NCBI GenBank assembly: GCA_039587355.1
Contig: JBDHIO010000004.1
Location: forward strand, 88,733-152,732
Length of the DNA: 64,000 nt
Direction of reading: 5' to 3'
Source of the DNA: Gemmatimonadota bacterium
Lineage (GTDB): Bacteria > Gemmatimonadota > Gemmatimonadetes > Palauibacterales > Palauibacteraceae
Shown here: one piece after another, positions 47,839 to 58,118 of the stretch
How the letters are laid out: each line of letters starts with the position of its first letter
Position numbering within the stretch: position 1 is the stretch's first letter
Notes under the pieces: generated by a model
Seen by the model: the letters and a program-made list of their open reading frames with translations, nothing else
Databases searched by the model: none
What the model was told of the DNA's origin: nothing
Made by a program: the position numbers and the translations under genes

Positions 47839-50529
47839 TCAGCTGAGCGGTTCGCTGGATAGGGTCCGCGCGATCTCCTCGACATCGAAGCACTCGATGA
47901 TGTCGCCGACCTTCACGTCGTTGTAGTTCTCGATCGAGATCCCGCACTCGTACCCATCGCGCACCTCGCGCACGTCTTCCTTGAAGCGCTTCAGGCTGTC
48001 GATCTGCCCCTCGTAGATCTGGATTTGATCCCTGAGAAGGCGAATCGGCAGGTTGCGCTTCATCACCCCGTGGGTGATGTAGCAGCCGGCGATGGTCCCG
48101 ACCTTCGGCACCCTGAAGAGCTCCCGGACCTCGGCCATCCCCACCGAAATCTCGCGTTCCTCCGGCGCGAGCAGACCCTCGAGCGCATTCCGGATCTCGT
48201 CCACGGCTTCGTAGATCACGTTGTAGATCCGAATCTCGATTCCGTCGCGCTCGGCAGTCGCGAGGGCCCCGCCATCCGGCCGTACGTGGAAGCCGATGAT
48301 CAGAGCCTGCGATGTCGATGCGAGCAGGACGTCCGACTCGTTGATTCCGCCGACCGCCCGGTGGACGACCTCGACAGCGACCTCCGATGTGCTCAAACGT
48401 TCGAGGCTGTCGGACAGGGCCTGCACCGACCCGTCCGTATCACCCTTGATCACCACGTTGAGACGCGCCTGCTGTCCGGCCTTGACCGCCTCGAACACGT
48501 CCTCGAGGCGCGTTCCCGTGGCCCTCCGACGGAAGTCTTTCTCACGCTCCAGCTGCTGACGCCGCGTGACGATGTCTCGAACCCGATCGGGCTCGAGAAC
48601 CACGAGCGAATCACCTGCCTGTGGCACTCCCTCGAGCCCCAGCACACGAACCGGGATGCCCGGCGTCGCGTGATCGACGTTACGACCGCGCTCGTCCAGC
48701 AGCGCGCGAACCCGGCCGCCGAAGAGGCCGCACACGAAGTCGTCACCGACCCGCAACGTGCCCGACTGAACCAGCACGGTCGCCACCGGGCCCATTCCCT
48801 TGTCGAGCTGGGCCTCGACCACCGTCCCCCGCCCGTCGCGATCGGGGTTCGCCTTCACCTCGAGCAGCTCGGCCTGGAGAAGGACCTTCTCGAGCAGGTC
48901 GTCCATTCCGGCGCCGGTCTTCGCCGAGACCTCCGCAGACAGCACGTCGCCACCGTATTCCTCGAGGACGACCTCGTGGCCGAGCAACTCCTGCTTGACC
49001 TTGTCGATGTTCGCGGACGGGAGGTCGGTCTTGTTCACCGCGACAACCATCGGCACGGCGGCATTCTTGGCGTGACTGATTGCCTCGATCGTCTGAGGCA
49101 TGACCGAGTCATCCGCCGCCACGACGAGGATCACCAGATCCGTCAGGTCCGCTCCACGAGCCCGCATCGCGGTAAACGCTTCGTGACCCGGAGTGTCGAG
49201 GAACGTGATCGTCCGACCGTCCGGCAGATCGACGTGATAGGCGCCGATATGCTGCGTGATCCCGCCCGCCTCGCCAGCGATGACATTCGCGCTGCGGATA
49301 TGGTCGAGCAGCGACGTCTTCCCGTGGTCGACGTGACCCATCACGGTGACGACCGGCGGACGCGGAACACCCTCGCCCTCGTCCTCGACCTCCGTGTCCT
49401 CCTCGGAGATGTCGGCCTCGAACGCCTCCTCGCGGATCGCGTTGAACCCGGCCTCCTCACAGATCAGCTCGATCTGGTCGAAGTCCAGACGCTGATTGAT
49501 CGTCACCATCAACCCGAGGTTCTTGAACGCGGAGGTGATGATCGCGGGAGCCGATGTCCCGATGAGGTCGGCGAGTTCGGCGACGGTCAGGTACTCGTTG
49601 ACCCGAACCGTCGTCTTCTCCTTCTCCTCCTCGATGACGCGCTGCTCCTGCTCCGCCTCGCGCTGCTCGCCACGTTCCGCACGGCGCCGCTTCCGCGGGG
49701 CCGGGCCACCCATGGCCGCGAGCGTCTTCTTGACGTTCTCCTGGACGGCGTCGCTGTCAACGCGGCGGCGCTTCCTTCGCTCGGCACGCGGGGACTTCTT
49801 CCGGCCGTCCACCGTGTACCCCTCGGCGGAAATCCGTACCGTGCCTCCCGGCGCCGCAGACGCGGTCGGCGCGGCCGGCGCAGGCATGTCCCGCCTCACA
49901 GGCTTCGGCCGCCGCTTCTTCTTCGGGGCAGCCTCGACCGGCGTTTCCGGCGTCGCAGTCGGTGGCGCTTCCGGCACCTCGGCCGAGGGCTCCGGCGTCT
50001 CGACGACGGATTCCGGTTCGACGACTTCTTCCACGACCGTCTCGACCGGCGGCTCGGGCTCCTCCGCAACGACCTCTACCGGCTCGTCGCTCTGAGCTTC
50101 CTCGACTACTTCTTCGATTTCGATCTCGGCCGTCTCGAGCTCCGCCTCGACCTCGGCCACCGTCTCCTCGACGAACTCCTCGACCTCCACCACCGCTTCC
50201 GCCTCGTCGACCACTTCCTCGACGGGGGTGTCGAGATCCTCGGCGGCCTCGTCCACCAGTTCATCGAGACCTTCGACCGGCGTTTCGATCTGCGAGGGCG
50301 CGACTCGACGACGGCGGCGACGACGCGGCGTGCGGGTGGCCGTCGACGTATTCGGGGCGTCACCACGGCGCTCGCGCTCGAGCCGCGCGTGCAGCCGGGC
50401 AATGGATGCCGGGTCGACCGAAGACATGTGGCTTCGAACGAGGACGTCCATTTCCCGCAGCATCTGAATGAGCTGGCCGGTTTCCACGCCCAGCTCTTCA
50501 GCGACTTCGTATACGCGCAACTTCGACAA
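47839..50529 (-). CDS. infB: Translation initiation factor IF-2
   Basis: 896 aa. N-terminus MSKLRVYEVAEELGV, an acidic low-complexity linker, and a GTPase (GHVDHGKT, DTPGH, NKTD). Confidence 0.95.
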   Translation of the reverse strand: MSKLRVYEVAEELGVETGQLIQMLREMDVLVRSHMSSVDPASIARLHARLERERRGDAPNTSTATRTPRRRRRRRVAPSQIETPVEGLDELVDEAAEDLDTPVEEVVDEAEAVVEVEEFVEETVAEVEAELETAEIEIEEVVEEAQSDEPVEVVAEEPEPPVETVVEEVVEPESVVETPEPSAEVPEAPPTATPETPVEAAPKKKRRPKPVRRDMPAPAAPTASAAPGGTVRISAEGYTVDGRKKSPRAERRKRRRVDSDAVQENVKKTLAAMGGPAPRKRRRAERGEQREAEQEQRVIEEEKEKTTVRVNEYLTVAELADLIGTSAPAIITSAFKNLGLMVTINQRLDFDQIELICEEAGFNAIREEAFEADISEEDTEVEDEGEGVPRPPVVTVMGHVDHGKTSLLDHIRSANVIAGEAGGITQHIGAYHVDLPDGRTITFLDTPGHEAFTAMRARGADLTDLVILVVAADDSVMPQTIEAISHAKNAAVPMVVAVNKTDLPSANIDKVKQELLGHEVVLEEYGGDVLSAEVSAKTGAGMDDLLEKVLLQAELLEVKANPDRDGRGTVVEAQLDKGMGPVATVLVQSGTLRVGDDFVCGLFGGRVRALLDERGRNVDHATPGIPVRVLGLEGVPQAGDSLVVLEPDRVRDIVTRRQQLEREKDFRRRATGTRLEDVFEAVKAGQQARLNVVIKGDTDGSVQALSDSLERLSTSEVAVEVVHRAVGGINESDVLLASTSQALIIGFHVRPDGGALATAERDGIEIRIYNVIYEAVDEIRNALEGLLAPEEREISVGMAEVRELFRVPKVGTIAGCYITHGVMKRNLPIRLLRDQIQIYEGQIDSLKRFKEDVREVRDGYECGISIENYNDVKVGDIIECFDVEEIARTLSSEPLS

Positions 50530-50565
50530 GGACCCTACCTCCTCGGATTACCCGAGCGTTTCGTG

Positions 50566-50844
50566 TCACCCAACGTCATCCCGTCGGCCAGAGACTTCCG
50601 GTCCTCCGGCCAGATCGACGATCCGAGAACCCAACTCCCGGTCCGTCACTGCCACGAGGGCCGCCACACCGCGCCCCAGCGCACTGCCGAGTTCATCTTT
50701 CGTCCCAACGGTCACCGTCGGGACCTCCTCAAGTATCTCGCCCAACCGCGCCCGGGCGTTTCGGCCGGCATCGCGCGCGACGACGATCGCCGATACCGGC
50801 TTCCTCTCCATGGCCGAACGGATCGCATCCGCGCCGACCACCAC
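50566..50844 (-). CDS. L7Ae/YlxQ-like RNA-binding protein
   Basis: 92 aa, GTG start, with SAIVVARDAG...AALVAVTD matching the YlxQ pattern. Lies between nusA and infB. Confidence 0.6.
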   Translation of the reverse strand: MVVGADAIRSAMERKPVSAIVVARDAGRNARARLGEILEEVPTVTVGTKDELGSALGRGVAALVAVTDRELGSRIVDLAGGPEVSGRRDDVG

Positions 50845-50909
50845 ACGTCCGGCCCGACGCGCGATCCCGAGGAGCCCGAGGACCTCGCGGTCCGGGGCAC
50901 GGTCCCCCG

Positions 50910-52385
50910 TCAGGCTGTTTCCGTCTCCGGCTCCGACTCGGCCTCTGACTCGACTGCGGCTTCCACCTCGGTTTCCTCCGCAGCTGGAGCCTCGTCGGCC
51001 GCGGGTGCATCCTCGTCCGCCGGCGTATCCTCGGCCGCTGCCTCGGCCTCCGCGCCCTCCGGCGTCTCGGCATCCGCCTCCGCCGGGGTCTCCTGCACGT
51101 CTTCGACGACCGTCAACTCGTCGATCAACGCCTCGAGGACATCGGCTTCCTCTGGCCCGATGCCGGGCACCTGGAGGAAGTCGTTTCGATCCATGTCGAG
51201 TACGCCGTAGAACATGCTGATACCGGCAGCTTCCAAAGCCGATAGGGTCGCCGGGGCGATCCCCTCCAACTCGGAAAGTGGGAAGTCCGCCATCTCGTAC
51301 TCTTCGTCGCCGGCAAACAGTCCGCCCTGGTTCCCACGCTCCGTCCAGTCGCGACTCGAATACAGGTCGATCTGCCAGCCGATCAGCTGCGAAGCCAGTC
51401 GGACGTTCTGACCGTTCCTTCCGATCGCTAAGGACAGCTGGTCGTCATCCACGATCGCCGTGATCACGTGACTCGTCTGATCGGTGATCACCTTGGCGAC
51501 GCGGGCCGGCGCGAGCGCGCGACGCGCGAACACCTCGGGATCCGCGTGCCACGGGACGATGTCAATGCGCTCGCCGCTCAACTCCGACACGACCGCCTGC
51601 ACCCGCGAGCCCTTCAGCCCGACGCAGGCCCCGACCGGATCGACCGACTCGTCGCGCGAAGAAACAGCGACCTTGGTCCGACCGCCCGCCTCGCGGACGA
51701 TCTCCTTGATCTCGACGATGCCCTGGTAGATCTCAGGCACTTCGAGTCCGAACAGGGACGCGACAAACTGCGGGTCCGCCCGGGAGAGGATAAGACGCGG
51801 GCCTCTCGGCGTCTCTTCGAGCACCTTGAGTACCGCCCGAATCGGGTCGCCCTGCCGAAACCGTTCACGCGGATTCTGCTCGCGCCACGGGATGATCGCT
51901 TCCGCCTCGCGGGACCGGTTGAGCATGACGACGAGCTTGCCGCGCTCGATCGCCTGTATCTCACCCGAAACCAGGTCGCCGACACGGTCGTTGAACTCCT
52001 CGCGGATCCGCTCGCGCTCGCCCTCGCGGACGCGCTGGATGATCCGCTGCTTCGCCGCCATGACGGCCGACCGGCCAAAGTCCTTGAAGGAAACGGGGAT
52101 CTCCATGAGATCGCCGACCTGGAAGTCGGGGTCGTCCCAGCGCGCGTGCTCGAGCGTCACCTGACGGGCCGGATCCTCCACATCCTCGACCACCTCTTTC
52201 AGAACGGTGATCGCGATGTCGCCGACGTCATCGACCTCGATCTCGGCATCCACGGGACCACCGAAACGCCTCGCCAGCGCGGCGTGAATCCCCTCACGGA
52301 TGAGGTCGTGTAACTCGCTCTCAGACAACGACTTATTAGCCGCCATCATGCGGAACGCTTCAACGACCGGAATCTGATCGCTCAT
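50910..52385 (-). CDS. nusA: Transcription termination/antitermination factor NusA
   Basis: The conserved sequence starts MSDQIPVVEAFRMMAANKSL, then S1, KH1/KH2 and an acidic C-tail. ATG at about 52385 overlaps the rimP stop (ATGA). The track start at 52430 is rejected. Confidence 0.95.
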   Translation of the reverse strand: MSDQIPVVEAFRMMAANKSLSESELHDLIREGIHAALARRFGGPVDAEIEVDDVGDIAITVLKEVVEDVEDPARQVTLEHARWDDPDFQVGDLMEIPVSFKDFGRSAVMAAKQRIIQRVREGERERIREEFNDRVGDLVSGEIQAIERGKLVVMLNRSREAEAIIPWREQNPRERFRQGDPIRAVLKVLEETPRGPRLILSRADPQFVASLFGLEVPEIYQGIVEIKEIVREAGGRTKVAVSSRDESVDPVGACVGLKGSRVQAVVSELSGERIDIVPWHADPEVFARRALAPARVAKVITDQTSHVITAIVDDDQLSLAIGRNGQNVRLASQLIGWQIDLYSSRDWTERGNQGGLFAGDEEYEMADFPLSELEGIAPATLSALEAAGISMFYGVLDMDRNDFLQVPGIGPEEADVLEALIDELTVVEDVQETPAEADAETPEGAEAEAAAEDTPADEDAPAADEAPAAEETEVEAAVESEAESEPETETA

Positions 52386-52921
52386 GTCTCTCGTCTGCCG
52401 GCGGGCCGCGCAGCCGGGCCCGAATCCCATGAATACACGAGACGGGCGCTCGCCACGGCGTTCAGCGCGATTTCGACGCGCCGATCGTCGATCTGGAGAG
52501 CGAACGTCTCCGAACCGTCATCGACCATCCCCAACAACGTTCCCTCGAGTTCCTTCGACCGATCCACCAGCGGCTGGTAACCGCGCACGCGGACACGTTC
52601 TCCGCTGAACCGCTCGAAATCCCGCGCCTTCGTAAGGGGGCGTTCAACGCCCGGTGAAGACACCTCGAGGACCCAGTCCTGCTCGGCCCCTCCTTCTTCC
52701 TCCAGTACCTCTCGCAACGCCCTGGAAACGGCGGCGCAGTCCTCGACGTCGATCGCCGATCTGCCTGGCTCCGAATCGGGGCGGTCGATGCGGATCCTGA
52801 GCAGCGGGCGCCTGCGCCCCCCGCCCCGCTCCAGCGTGACAACCTCGAACCCGAGGGTCTCGATCGCTTCCTCGATCTTCGCCGCGTCCAACCCGGCCTC
52901 CGCGCGGCGGGACGGACCCAT
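52382..52921 (-). CDS. rimP: Ribosome maturation factor RimP
   Basis: ...LDAAKIEEAIETLGFEVVTLE...LEVSSPGVERPL (DUF150). ATG at about 52921. The upstream track extension is a promoter/leader sequence. Confidence 0.78.
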   Translation of the reverse strand: MGPSRRAEAGLDAAKIEEAIETLGFEVVTLERGGGRRRPLLRIRIDRPDSEPGRSAIDVEDCAAVSRALREVLEEEGGAEQDWVLEVSSPGVERPLTKARDFERFSGERVRVRGYQPLVDRSKELEGTLLGMVDDGSETFALQIDDRRVEIALNAVASARLVYSWDSGPAARPAGRRET

Positions 52922-52924
52922 ACC

Positions 52925-52960
52925 GCAACAAAAAAGTGGGGTCAAGAACAGCTTCCCCAC
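52925..52960 (-). terminator. Intrinsic-terminator-like hairpin plus U-tract inside the rimP 5' leader (candidate NusA-responsive attenuator)
   Basis: mRNA GUGGGG-aagcuguucuugac-CCCAC followed by UUUUUUGUUG, ending 8 nt before the rimP ATG. No SD. Confidence 0.4.
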
Positions 52961-53022
52961 TCCAGGTAACGTTGACATCGTCCGCCAGCCCTTGGCGGAC
53001 CCTCTGTGAACCACGACTGACG

Positions 53023-53051
53023 ACTATACTAATTCGGTCTCCGCAGGGCAA
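53023..53051 (-). promoter_or_regulatory. Sigma70-like promoter for the rimP-nusA-infB operon
   Basis: mRNA strand TTGCCC-17 nt-TATAGT. Follows a GC hairpin (GGCCCG-tacgg-CGGGCC) that comes right after the yfiH stop. Confidence 0.45.
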
Positions 53052-53084
53052 CCAAATCGAGCCCCGGGGCCCGCCGTACGGGCC

Positions 53085-53855
53085 TCAACGGTCCATGAAG
53101 CCCGTAAACGCAGCCATGCGACCGGCTTCCCCTCCGCTCGCTCTGTGAGAATGGAGGTCGACGACCCCACAACTCGTGCAATGCGTCGATACGGTCACGT
53201 TCGAGCTCGACATTCCGAGGTCCAGAGCCTGCCTGACGAGCGCCCCGCGAAGATCCAGCTGCTCCCGCTCGGCGCTCGAGCCGAACTGCGCCAGGACGGG
53301 CCGATCCACCTCGTAGCACGCCCCGCAGATCGCAGGACCCATGTGGACCCTAACATCTGCGGTCCGTCCGTCCGGGCCGATCAAGGCGTCCAGACCACGG
53401 GCCAGAATCTCGCCCGCGACACCGCGCCACCCGGCATGCACTAGCCCGACCGCTCGCCGCCGGACGTCGAGCAGGTGTACGGGAACACAGTCCGCGGCGG
53501 TCGACGCGAGCAGGAGCCCCCTGTCCATGGTCACGAGACCGTCGACCCGACCCGCGAGCATCACGCGGGCCCCGTCGCTCGCGGCCCGACCGATCGTTCT
53601 CACTTCGGCGCCGTGGATCTGACGGGGAACGCCGATCGCGGAGAACCCTAGGTCGGCGGCGAGACCGCCATAGGCATCAAGCAGCTCGTCTCCCGAAGCC
53701 ATCGAGACCGAGAACGTCCCGGCCTCGGAGGTGGTGATCCCGGACACGAGACCGGGCGCGGCGTCCTCCCAGACGCGGTTCCGCAGAAGGAGGCCATCGG
53801 GGACCTCCGTGACCCCTCGGCCTTCCAGCTCCAGCGAGAACAGAGGGGACGTCAG
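53085..53855 (-). CDS. YfiH/PgeF-family multicopper-polyphenol-oxidase-like protein (purine nucleoside phosphorylase/peptidoglycan editing factor)
   Basis: C-terminal about 255 aa of the track ORF carry conserved TADCVPV...VHAGWRG...HCTSC motifs. Start is uncertain (CTG/TTG about 53855, overlapping the murA stop). Confidence 0.72.
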   Translation of the reverse strand: MTSPLFSLELEGRGVTEVPDGLLLRNRVWEDAAPGLVSGITTSEAGTFSVSMASGDELLDAYGGLAADLGFSAIGVPRQIHGAEVRTIGRAASDGARVMLAGRVDGLVTMDRGLLLASTAADCVPVHLLDVRRRAVGLVHAGWRGVAGEILARGLDALIGPDGRTADVRVHMGPAICGACYEVDRPVLAQFGSSAEREQLDLRGALVRQALDLGMSSSNVTVSTHCTSCGVVDLHSHRASGGEAGRMAAFTGFMDR

Positions 53856-55132
53856 TTGGAGACCCGCTCGATGGAGGCGCCCAGGGCGTTCAGTCGATCG
53901 TCGATCCGCTCGTAGCCGCGTTCGATCTGCCGGATGTTGTGAATGCGGCTCTCGCCTTCCGCGGCGAGCGCGGCAATGAGCATGGCCATGCCGGCCCTGA
54001 TGTCCGGGCTCTCGAGCCGCCGGCCGCGCAGCTTCGCCGGCCCCACGACGACCGCGCGGTGCGGGTCGCACAGGACGATCTGAGCTCCCATCGCCACGAG
54101 CTTGTCCACGAAGAACATCCTCGACTCGAACATCTTCTCGTGCATCAGCACCGTGCCTCGACATTGGGTCGCCGTCACGAGCGCGATGCTGATGAGGTCC
54201 GCAGGAAACGCGGGCCACGGACCGTCGTCGATCTTCGGAATCTGATCCCCGACGTCCGGCTGGATCTCCAGCGATCCCTCGCCAAGCACCTCGAGCTCGT
54301 CCCCTCTCCACTCGAAGTCGATCCCGAGACGCTGAAAACCGACGCGCAGCGGGTCGAAGCCCACCCGGTCGACATCGCTGATGCGAAGATTCGAGGAGGT
54401 CGCGGCCGCCAGCCCGATGATGCTCCCGACTTCGATGTGGTCGGACCCGAGGCGAAACGTGCCCCCCCCAAGGCTGCCCACACCCTCGATCGTCAGCGTG
54501 TTCGTCCCGATGCCGTCGATCGTCGCGCCCAGCGTGACGAGAAAGTTGCATACGTCCTGCACGTGCGGCTCGCTGGCGGCATTCAGCAGAACGGTCGTCC
54601 CGGATGCCGTGACGGCGGCGAGAACCGCGTTCTCGGTACCGGTCACGGACGGTTCATCCAGGAAGATCGTCGTTCCCTGAAGACCACGGGTCCGCAGGAT
54701 GAACCCCTGCCCCACCTCTACCTCGGCCCCCAGGGCGCGCAGCGCGAGCAGGTGAGTGTCGAGCCGGCGGCGGCCGATGAAGTCTCCACCAGGCTCGGGA
54801 AGTTCGACCGAACCGAAGCGCGCCAGCATGGGGCCGGCCAGAAGGACCGATCCCCGAATCACGCCCGCGAGCTCCGGATCGAGACGGGCGCCATCCGCGT
54901 CCCGCGCGCACAGGACCACCGTGTTGGGCTCCACCCAGTCGACGGTGACCCCCAGCGATTCGATAATCTCGAGTAACGTCCTCACATCGATGATATCGGG
55001 GATGTTCTCGATGCGGACCGGCTCCGGCGTGAGGAGACACCCCGCCAGGATCGGCAGGGCGGCGTTCTTGTTCCCCGCCGGGGTAAACGTCCCGGACAGT
55101 GACGCCCGACCCTCGATGCGGAAGTAGCTCAT
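53852..55132 (-). CDS. murA: UDP-N-acetylglucosamine 1-carboxyvinyltransferase
   Basis: 426 aa, EPSP-synthase fold, catalytic Cys context LCDPHRA. Confidence 0.95.
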   Translation of the reverse strand: MSYFRIEGRASLSGTFTPAGNKNAALPILAGCLLTPEPVRIENIPDIIDVRTLLEIIESLGVTVDWVEPNTVVLCARDADGARLDPELAGVIRGSVLLAGPMLARFGSVELPEPGGDFIGRRRLDTHLLALRALGAEVEVGQGFILRTRGLQGTTIFLDEPSVTGTENAVLAAVTASGTTVLLNAASEPHVQDVCNFLVTLGATIDGIGTNTLTIEGVGSLGGGTFRLGSDHIEVGSIIGLAAATSSNLRISDVDRVGFDPLRVGFQRLGIDFEWRGDELEVLGEGSLEIQPDVGDQIPKIDDGPWPAFPADLISIALVTATQCRGTVLMHEKMFESRMFFVDKLVAMGAQIVLCDPHRAVVVGPAKLRGRRLESPDIRAGMAMLIAALAAEGESRIHNIRQIERGYERIDDRLNALGASIERVSN

Positions 55133-55246
55133 TGTCGAGACGTATCCTCGATGCTGGTGCGGTTTCTGCGTTCACGTCTGCCGTCGGAAGACGCCGTCTC
55201 CGGCCGCGCGGAAAGTAGTCCCCGGCGATACACCGGCAACCCGCGG

Positions 55247-55275
55247 TTGAGCCCGAAATTGCAGTCGCCTATACT
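55247..55275 (+). promoter_or_regulatory. Sigma70-like promoter for the DUF948 gene
   Basis: TTGAGC-17 nt-TATACT, then GGAGG SD and GTG. Confidence 0.4.
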
Positions 55276-55296
55276 TTGCCCCGGATCGGAGGCTAT

Positions 55297-55761
55297 GTGA
55301 GCACATACGAAATCATGATCATCGCGGGTATGGCGGTCTGGATCGTCGTCGCGATTTCCATCCTGCTGGTGCTGCTCAGCGGCGTTCGGCTACTGCGCGC
55401 AGCGCACGAGCCCCTCACGCAGATCTCCTCCACCGTGGGAGACCTGAACACGCGCCTCGAGCCGGTGATGGGCAACATCGAGCAGGCCTCCGAGGCTGCT
55501 TCGCGTGTCGCGGGCCGGCTCGTTCACGATGCGGAGGACGTCGGCCGGGCCCTCCGGAACGCGGGTGAATCGACGGAACGCATGGTCGAGCTCGTCGAGG
55601 ATCGCGTGGCGGAGGTGGCAGCACTCCTCGAGGTCGTGCAGGAAGAGGCGGAAGAGACGTTCCTCAGCACCGCGTCGCTGCTTCGCGGGTTCCGGCGCGG
55701 GAAGAAGAAGGTCTCCAGGGGAGGCAGGGTTACGCGAGCGATCGGCAACCTCCGCCGGTAG
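55297..55761 (+). CDS. DUF948-like small membrane protein (N-terminal TM, coiled-coil remainder)
   Basis: The track ORF starts at TTG 55276, immediately after a -10-like hexamer. GTG at about 55297 is preceded by GGAGG (4-nt spacer) and gives MSTYEIMIIAGMAVWIVVAISILLVLL... Confidence 0.55.
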   Translation: MSTYEIMIIAGMAVWIVVAISILLVLLSGVRLLRAAHEPLTQISSTVGDLNTRLEPVMGNIEQASEAASRVAGRLVHDAEDVGRALRNAGESTERMVELVEDRVAEVAALLEVVQEEAEETFLSTASLLRGFRRGKKKVSRGGRVTRAIGNLRR

Positions 55762-55792
55762 GCCGCCGTTGAATGCCGCGGTAGAGCCGCGG

Positions 55793-58111
55793 TTAGCCCG
55801 GGAGCAGTCCGGCGTACGCGACCAGGACCTTCTTCCGTCCCGCCTCTTCGAACTCGATCTCCGCCTTCGCGTCCCGGCCAAGTCCCGAGATCGTGATGAT
55901 CTCTCCCGTTCCGAATTTCGGGTGGACGACTCTGGTCCCGGGCTGGAGCTCGAGCGCTTCCTGGGAGTCCGCGTAGTCGTACTTCAGTTCGCCCTCGGCT
56001 CCGGCGTCCGGTTTCGGCTTCTCCGCTTCCCTGTGCCAGGAGAAGGAACTACCGCCTGGGGCGGCGGTCGCGGGGGTCGAGACAGTGAACTCGAGACCGC
56101 CGGTTCCCTTCGCGGCCTTTCTGCTGCTGCCGCCGGATCCGTAAGAGGACCCGGAGCCGGATCGATACCCACCGGAAGATCTCAAACCCGGCCCCCGCAC
56201 CTGCTCGACGTAGTCGGGAGGGAGCTCGTCGAGGAAGCTGGATGACGGCGAGTGGCTCTCCATGCCGGCGCGCCAGCGCCGGTCCGCGTACGTCAGGTTG
56301 AGGCGATCCATGGCTCGGGTGACACCGACGTAGAACAGCCGCCGCTCCTCTTCCAGTCCGCCCTCGGACTCGGTGGCCCGAGAGAGCGGAAACAGCCCCT
56401 CTTCCATCCCCGCCAGGAACACGATCGGGAACTCGAGACCCTTCGCGTTGTGGAGGGTCATCAGAGTGACGGCCTCGCCGTCGAAGTCTGCGTCGTCGAG
56501 ATCCGAGCGCAACGCGACCGTCTGAAGGAACAGCTCCAGATCGTTGGCCGCCTCGTCCGCGTCGTCGACCTCGTCCCGATCGAAGGACTCCGCCGTGGCG
56601 AACAACTCGCTGACGTTGTCCAGCCGGTCCGCCCCATCTTCCTCCTCGGCCAGCGCCGTCGCGAGCGCGAACGTCGCGACGCACGTCTCGAGAGCTTCGC
56701 GGGCGGACTTCTCCGGAAGCACCGACCGCACGGCATCGATCCCGGACGCGAACTCCGTCAGACCCCGGACCGCCTTCGGCGCGAGCCCCGCGATGTCGCT
56801 TGCCCGGGCGGCCGTCGCGAACAGCGGTTCATCCGCCAGGGATGCCGCGGCCGCGACCTTCTCGAGACTCACCTGCCCGACGCCACGTCGAGGCCAACCG
56901 ATCGCCCGTTGGAACGCCGCGTCATCGGCGGGATTCACGGCAAGCCGGAGGTACGCGAGGACGTCCTTGATCTCGCGACGGTCGTAGAACGGGACCCCGC
57001 CCACGATGCGGTACGGGATACCGGCGCGTCGAAATGCCTCCTCGAACGCCCGTGACTGGGAGTTCGTGCGGTACAGCACAGCGCAGTCGGCGTAGCCATG
57101 AAGAGGCCGCGCCTCCTCCACCTGGCCGGCGACCCAACTCGCTTCTCGACGCTCGTCTCCGCAACGCACGACCCGGATCGGTTGCCCCTTCTCGCGATCC
57201 GTCCTCAGTCGCTTCGGCTTCCTGTCGACGTTGCACTCGATGACGGCGTTGGCCACCTCGAGGATCGACGCTGTCGACCGATAGTTCTGCTCGAGCCGGA
57301 CGACGTGGGCGCCGTCGAAATCGCGCTCGAAGTCGAGGATGTTGCGAACGTCGGCCCCTCGCCACGCGTAGATAGACTGATCGTCGTCCCCGACGACACA
57401 GATGTTGCGGTGCACGGAGGCCAGCGCCTTTACCATGCGATACTGGGCGTGGTTCGTGTCCTGATACTCATCGACCAGGACGTGCAGGAATCGATCGGAG
57501 TACCGTCCTCCGACTCCGTCCGGGTTTTCGAGCAGCTTCACCGACTCGAACAGAAGGTCGTCGAAGTCGTAGGCGTTCCGGCGCGAGAGGATCCGCTCAT
57601 AGCCGGGATACACCTCGGCCACGATGCCCGCGATCAGGTCGAACGGAGGAGGCGAGTAGTCCGACGGTCCGATCAGCTGGTTCTTGGACGCCGAGATCCG
57701 ATTCCTCACCGCCTTCGGTGACCACCGCTTCGCGTCGAAGCCGGCGGCCTCCATCACATCCTTCAGCGCCCGGATCGAATCGTCTTCATCGTAGATCGTG
57801 AAGGAGCGATCGCGCGTCGTGTGCGATGCCTCGCGGCGCAGGAGGCGAGCGGCGATCGAGTGGAACGTCCCGATCCAGAGGCCTCGCGTCGAGTTGCCGA
57901 TCAACCCCTCGATCCGCTCGCGCATCTGGCCGGCGGCCTTGTTCGTGAACGTCACCGCGAGGATCCGATCCGCCGGGACCCCCGAGTCCATCAGCCGCGC
58001 GACGCGGGCCGTAAGCACGCGCGTCTTTCCGGACCCCGCGCCCGCCAGAACGAGGAGGGGACCCTCGCCGTGCGTTACCGCCTCGTGCTGCTCCGGATTC
58101 AGCGTCAGCAT
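55793..58111 (-). CDS. pcrA: ATP-dependent DNA helicase PcrA/UvrD
   Basis: Starts MLTLNPEQHEAVTHGEGPLLVLAGAGSGKTRVL, SF1 helicase motifs, Gly/Ser-rich linker and a C-terminal Tudor-like domain. The track ORF start at 58174 is rejected. Confidence 0.9.
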   Translation of the reverse strand: MLTLNPEQHEAVTHGEGPLLVLAGAGSGKTRVLTARVARLMDSGVPADRILAVTFTNKAAGQMRERIEGLIGNSTRGLWIGTFHSIAARLLRREASHTTRDRSFTIYDEDDSIRALKDVMEAAGFDAKRWSPKAVRNRISASKNQLIGPSDYSPPPFDLIAGIVAEVYPGYERILSRRNAYDFDDLLFESVKLLENPDGVGGRYSDRFLHVLVDEYQDTNHAQYRMVKALASVHRNICVVGDDDQSIYAWRGADVRNILDFERDFDGAHVVRLEQNYRSTASILEVANAVIECNVDRKPKRLRTDREKGQPIRVVRCGDERREASWVAGQVEEARPLHGYADCAVLYRTNSQSRAFEEAFRRAGIPYRIVGGVPFYDRREIKDVLAYLRLAVNPADDAAFQRAIGWPRRGVGQVSLEKVAAAASLADEPLFATAARASDIAGLAPKAVRGLTEFASGIDAVRSVLPEKSAREALETCVATFALATALAEEEDGADRLDNVSELFATAESFDRDEVDDADEAANDLELFLQTVALRSDLDDADFDGEAVTLMTLHNAKGLEFPIVFLAGMEEGLFPLSRATESEGGLEEERRLFYVGVTRAMDRLNLTYADRRWRAGMESHSPSSSFLDELPPDYVEQVRGPGLRSSGGYRSGSGSSYGSGGSSRKAAKGTGGLEFTVSTPATAAPGGSSFSWHREAEKPKPDAGAEGELKYDYADSQEALELQPGTRVVHPKFGTGEIITISGLGRDAKAEIEFEEAGRKKVLVAYAGLLPG

Positions 58112-58118
58112 TGCCGGT

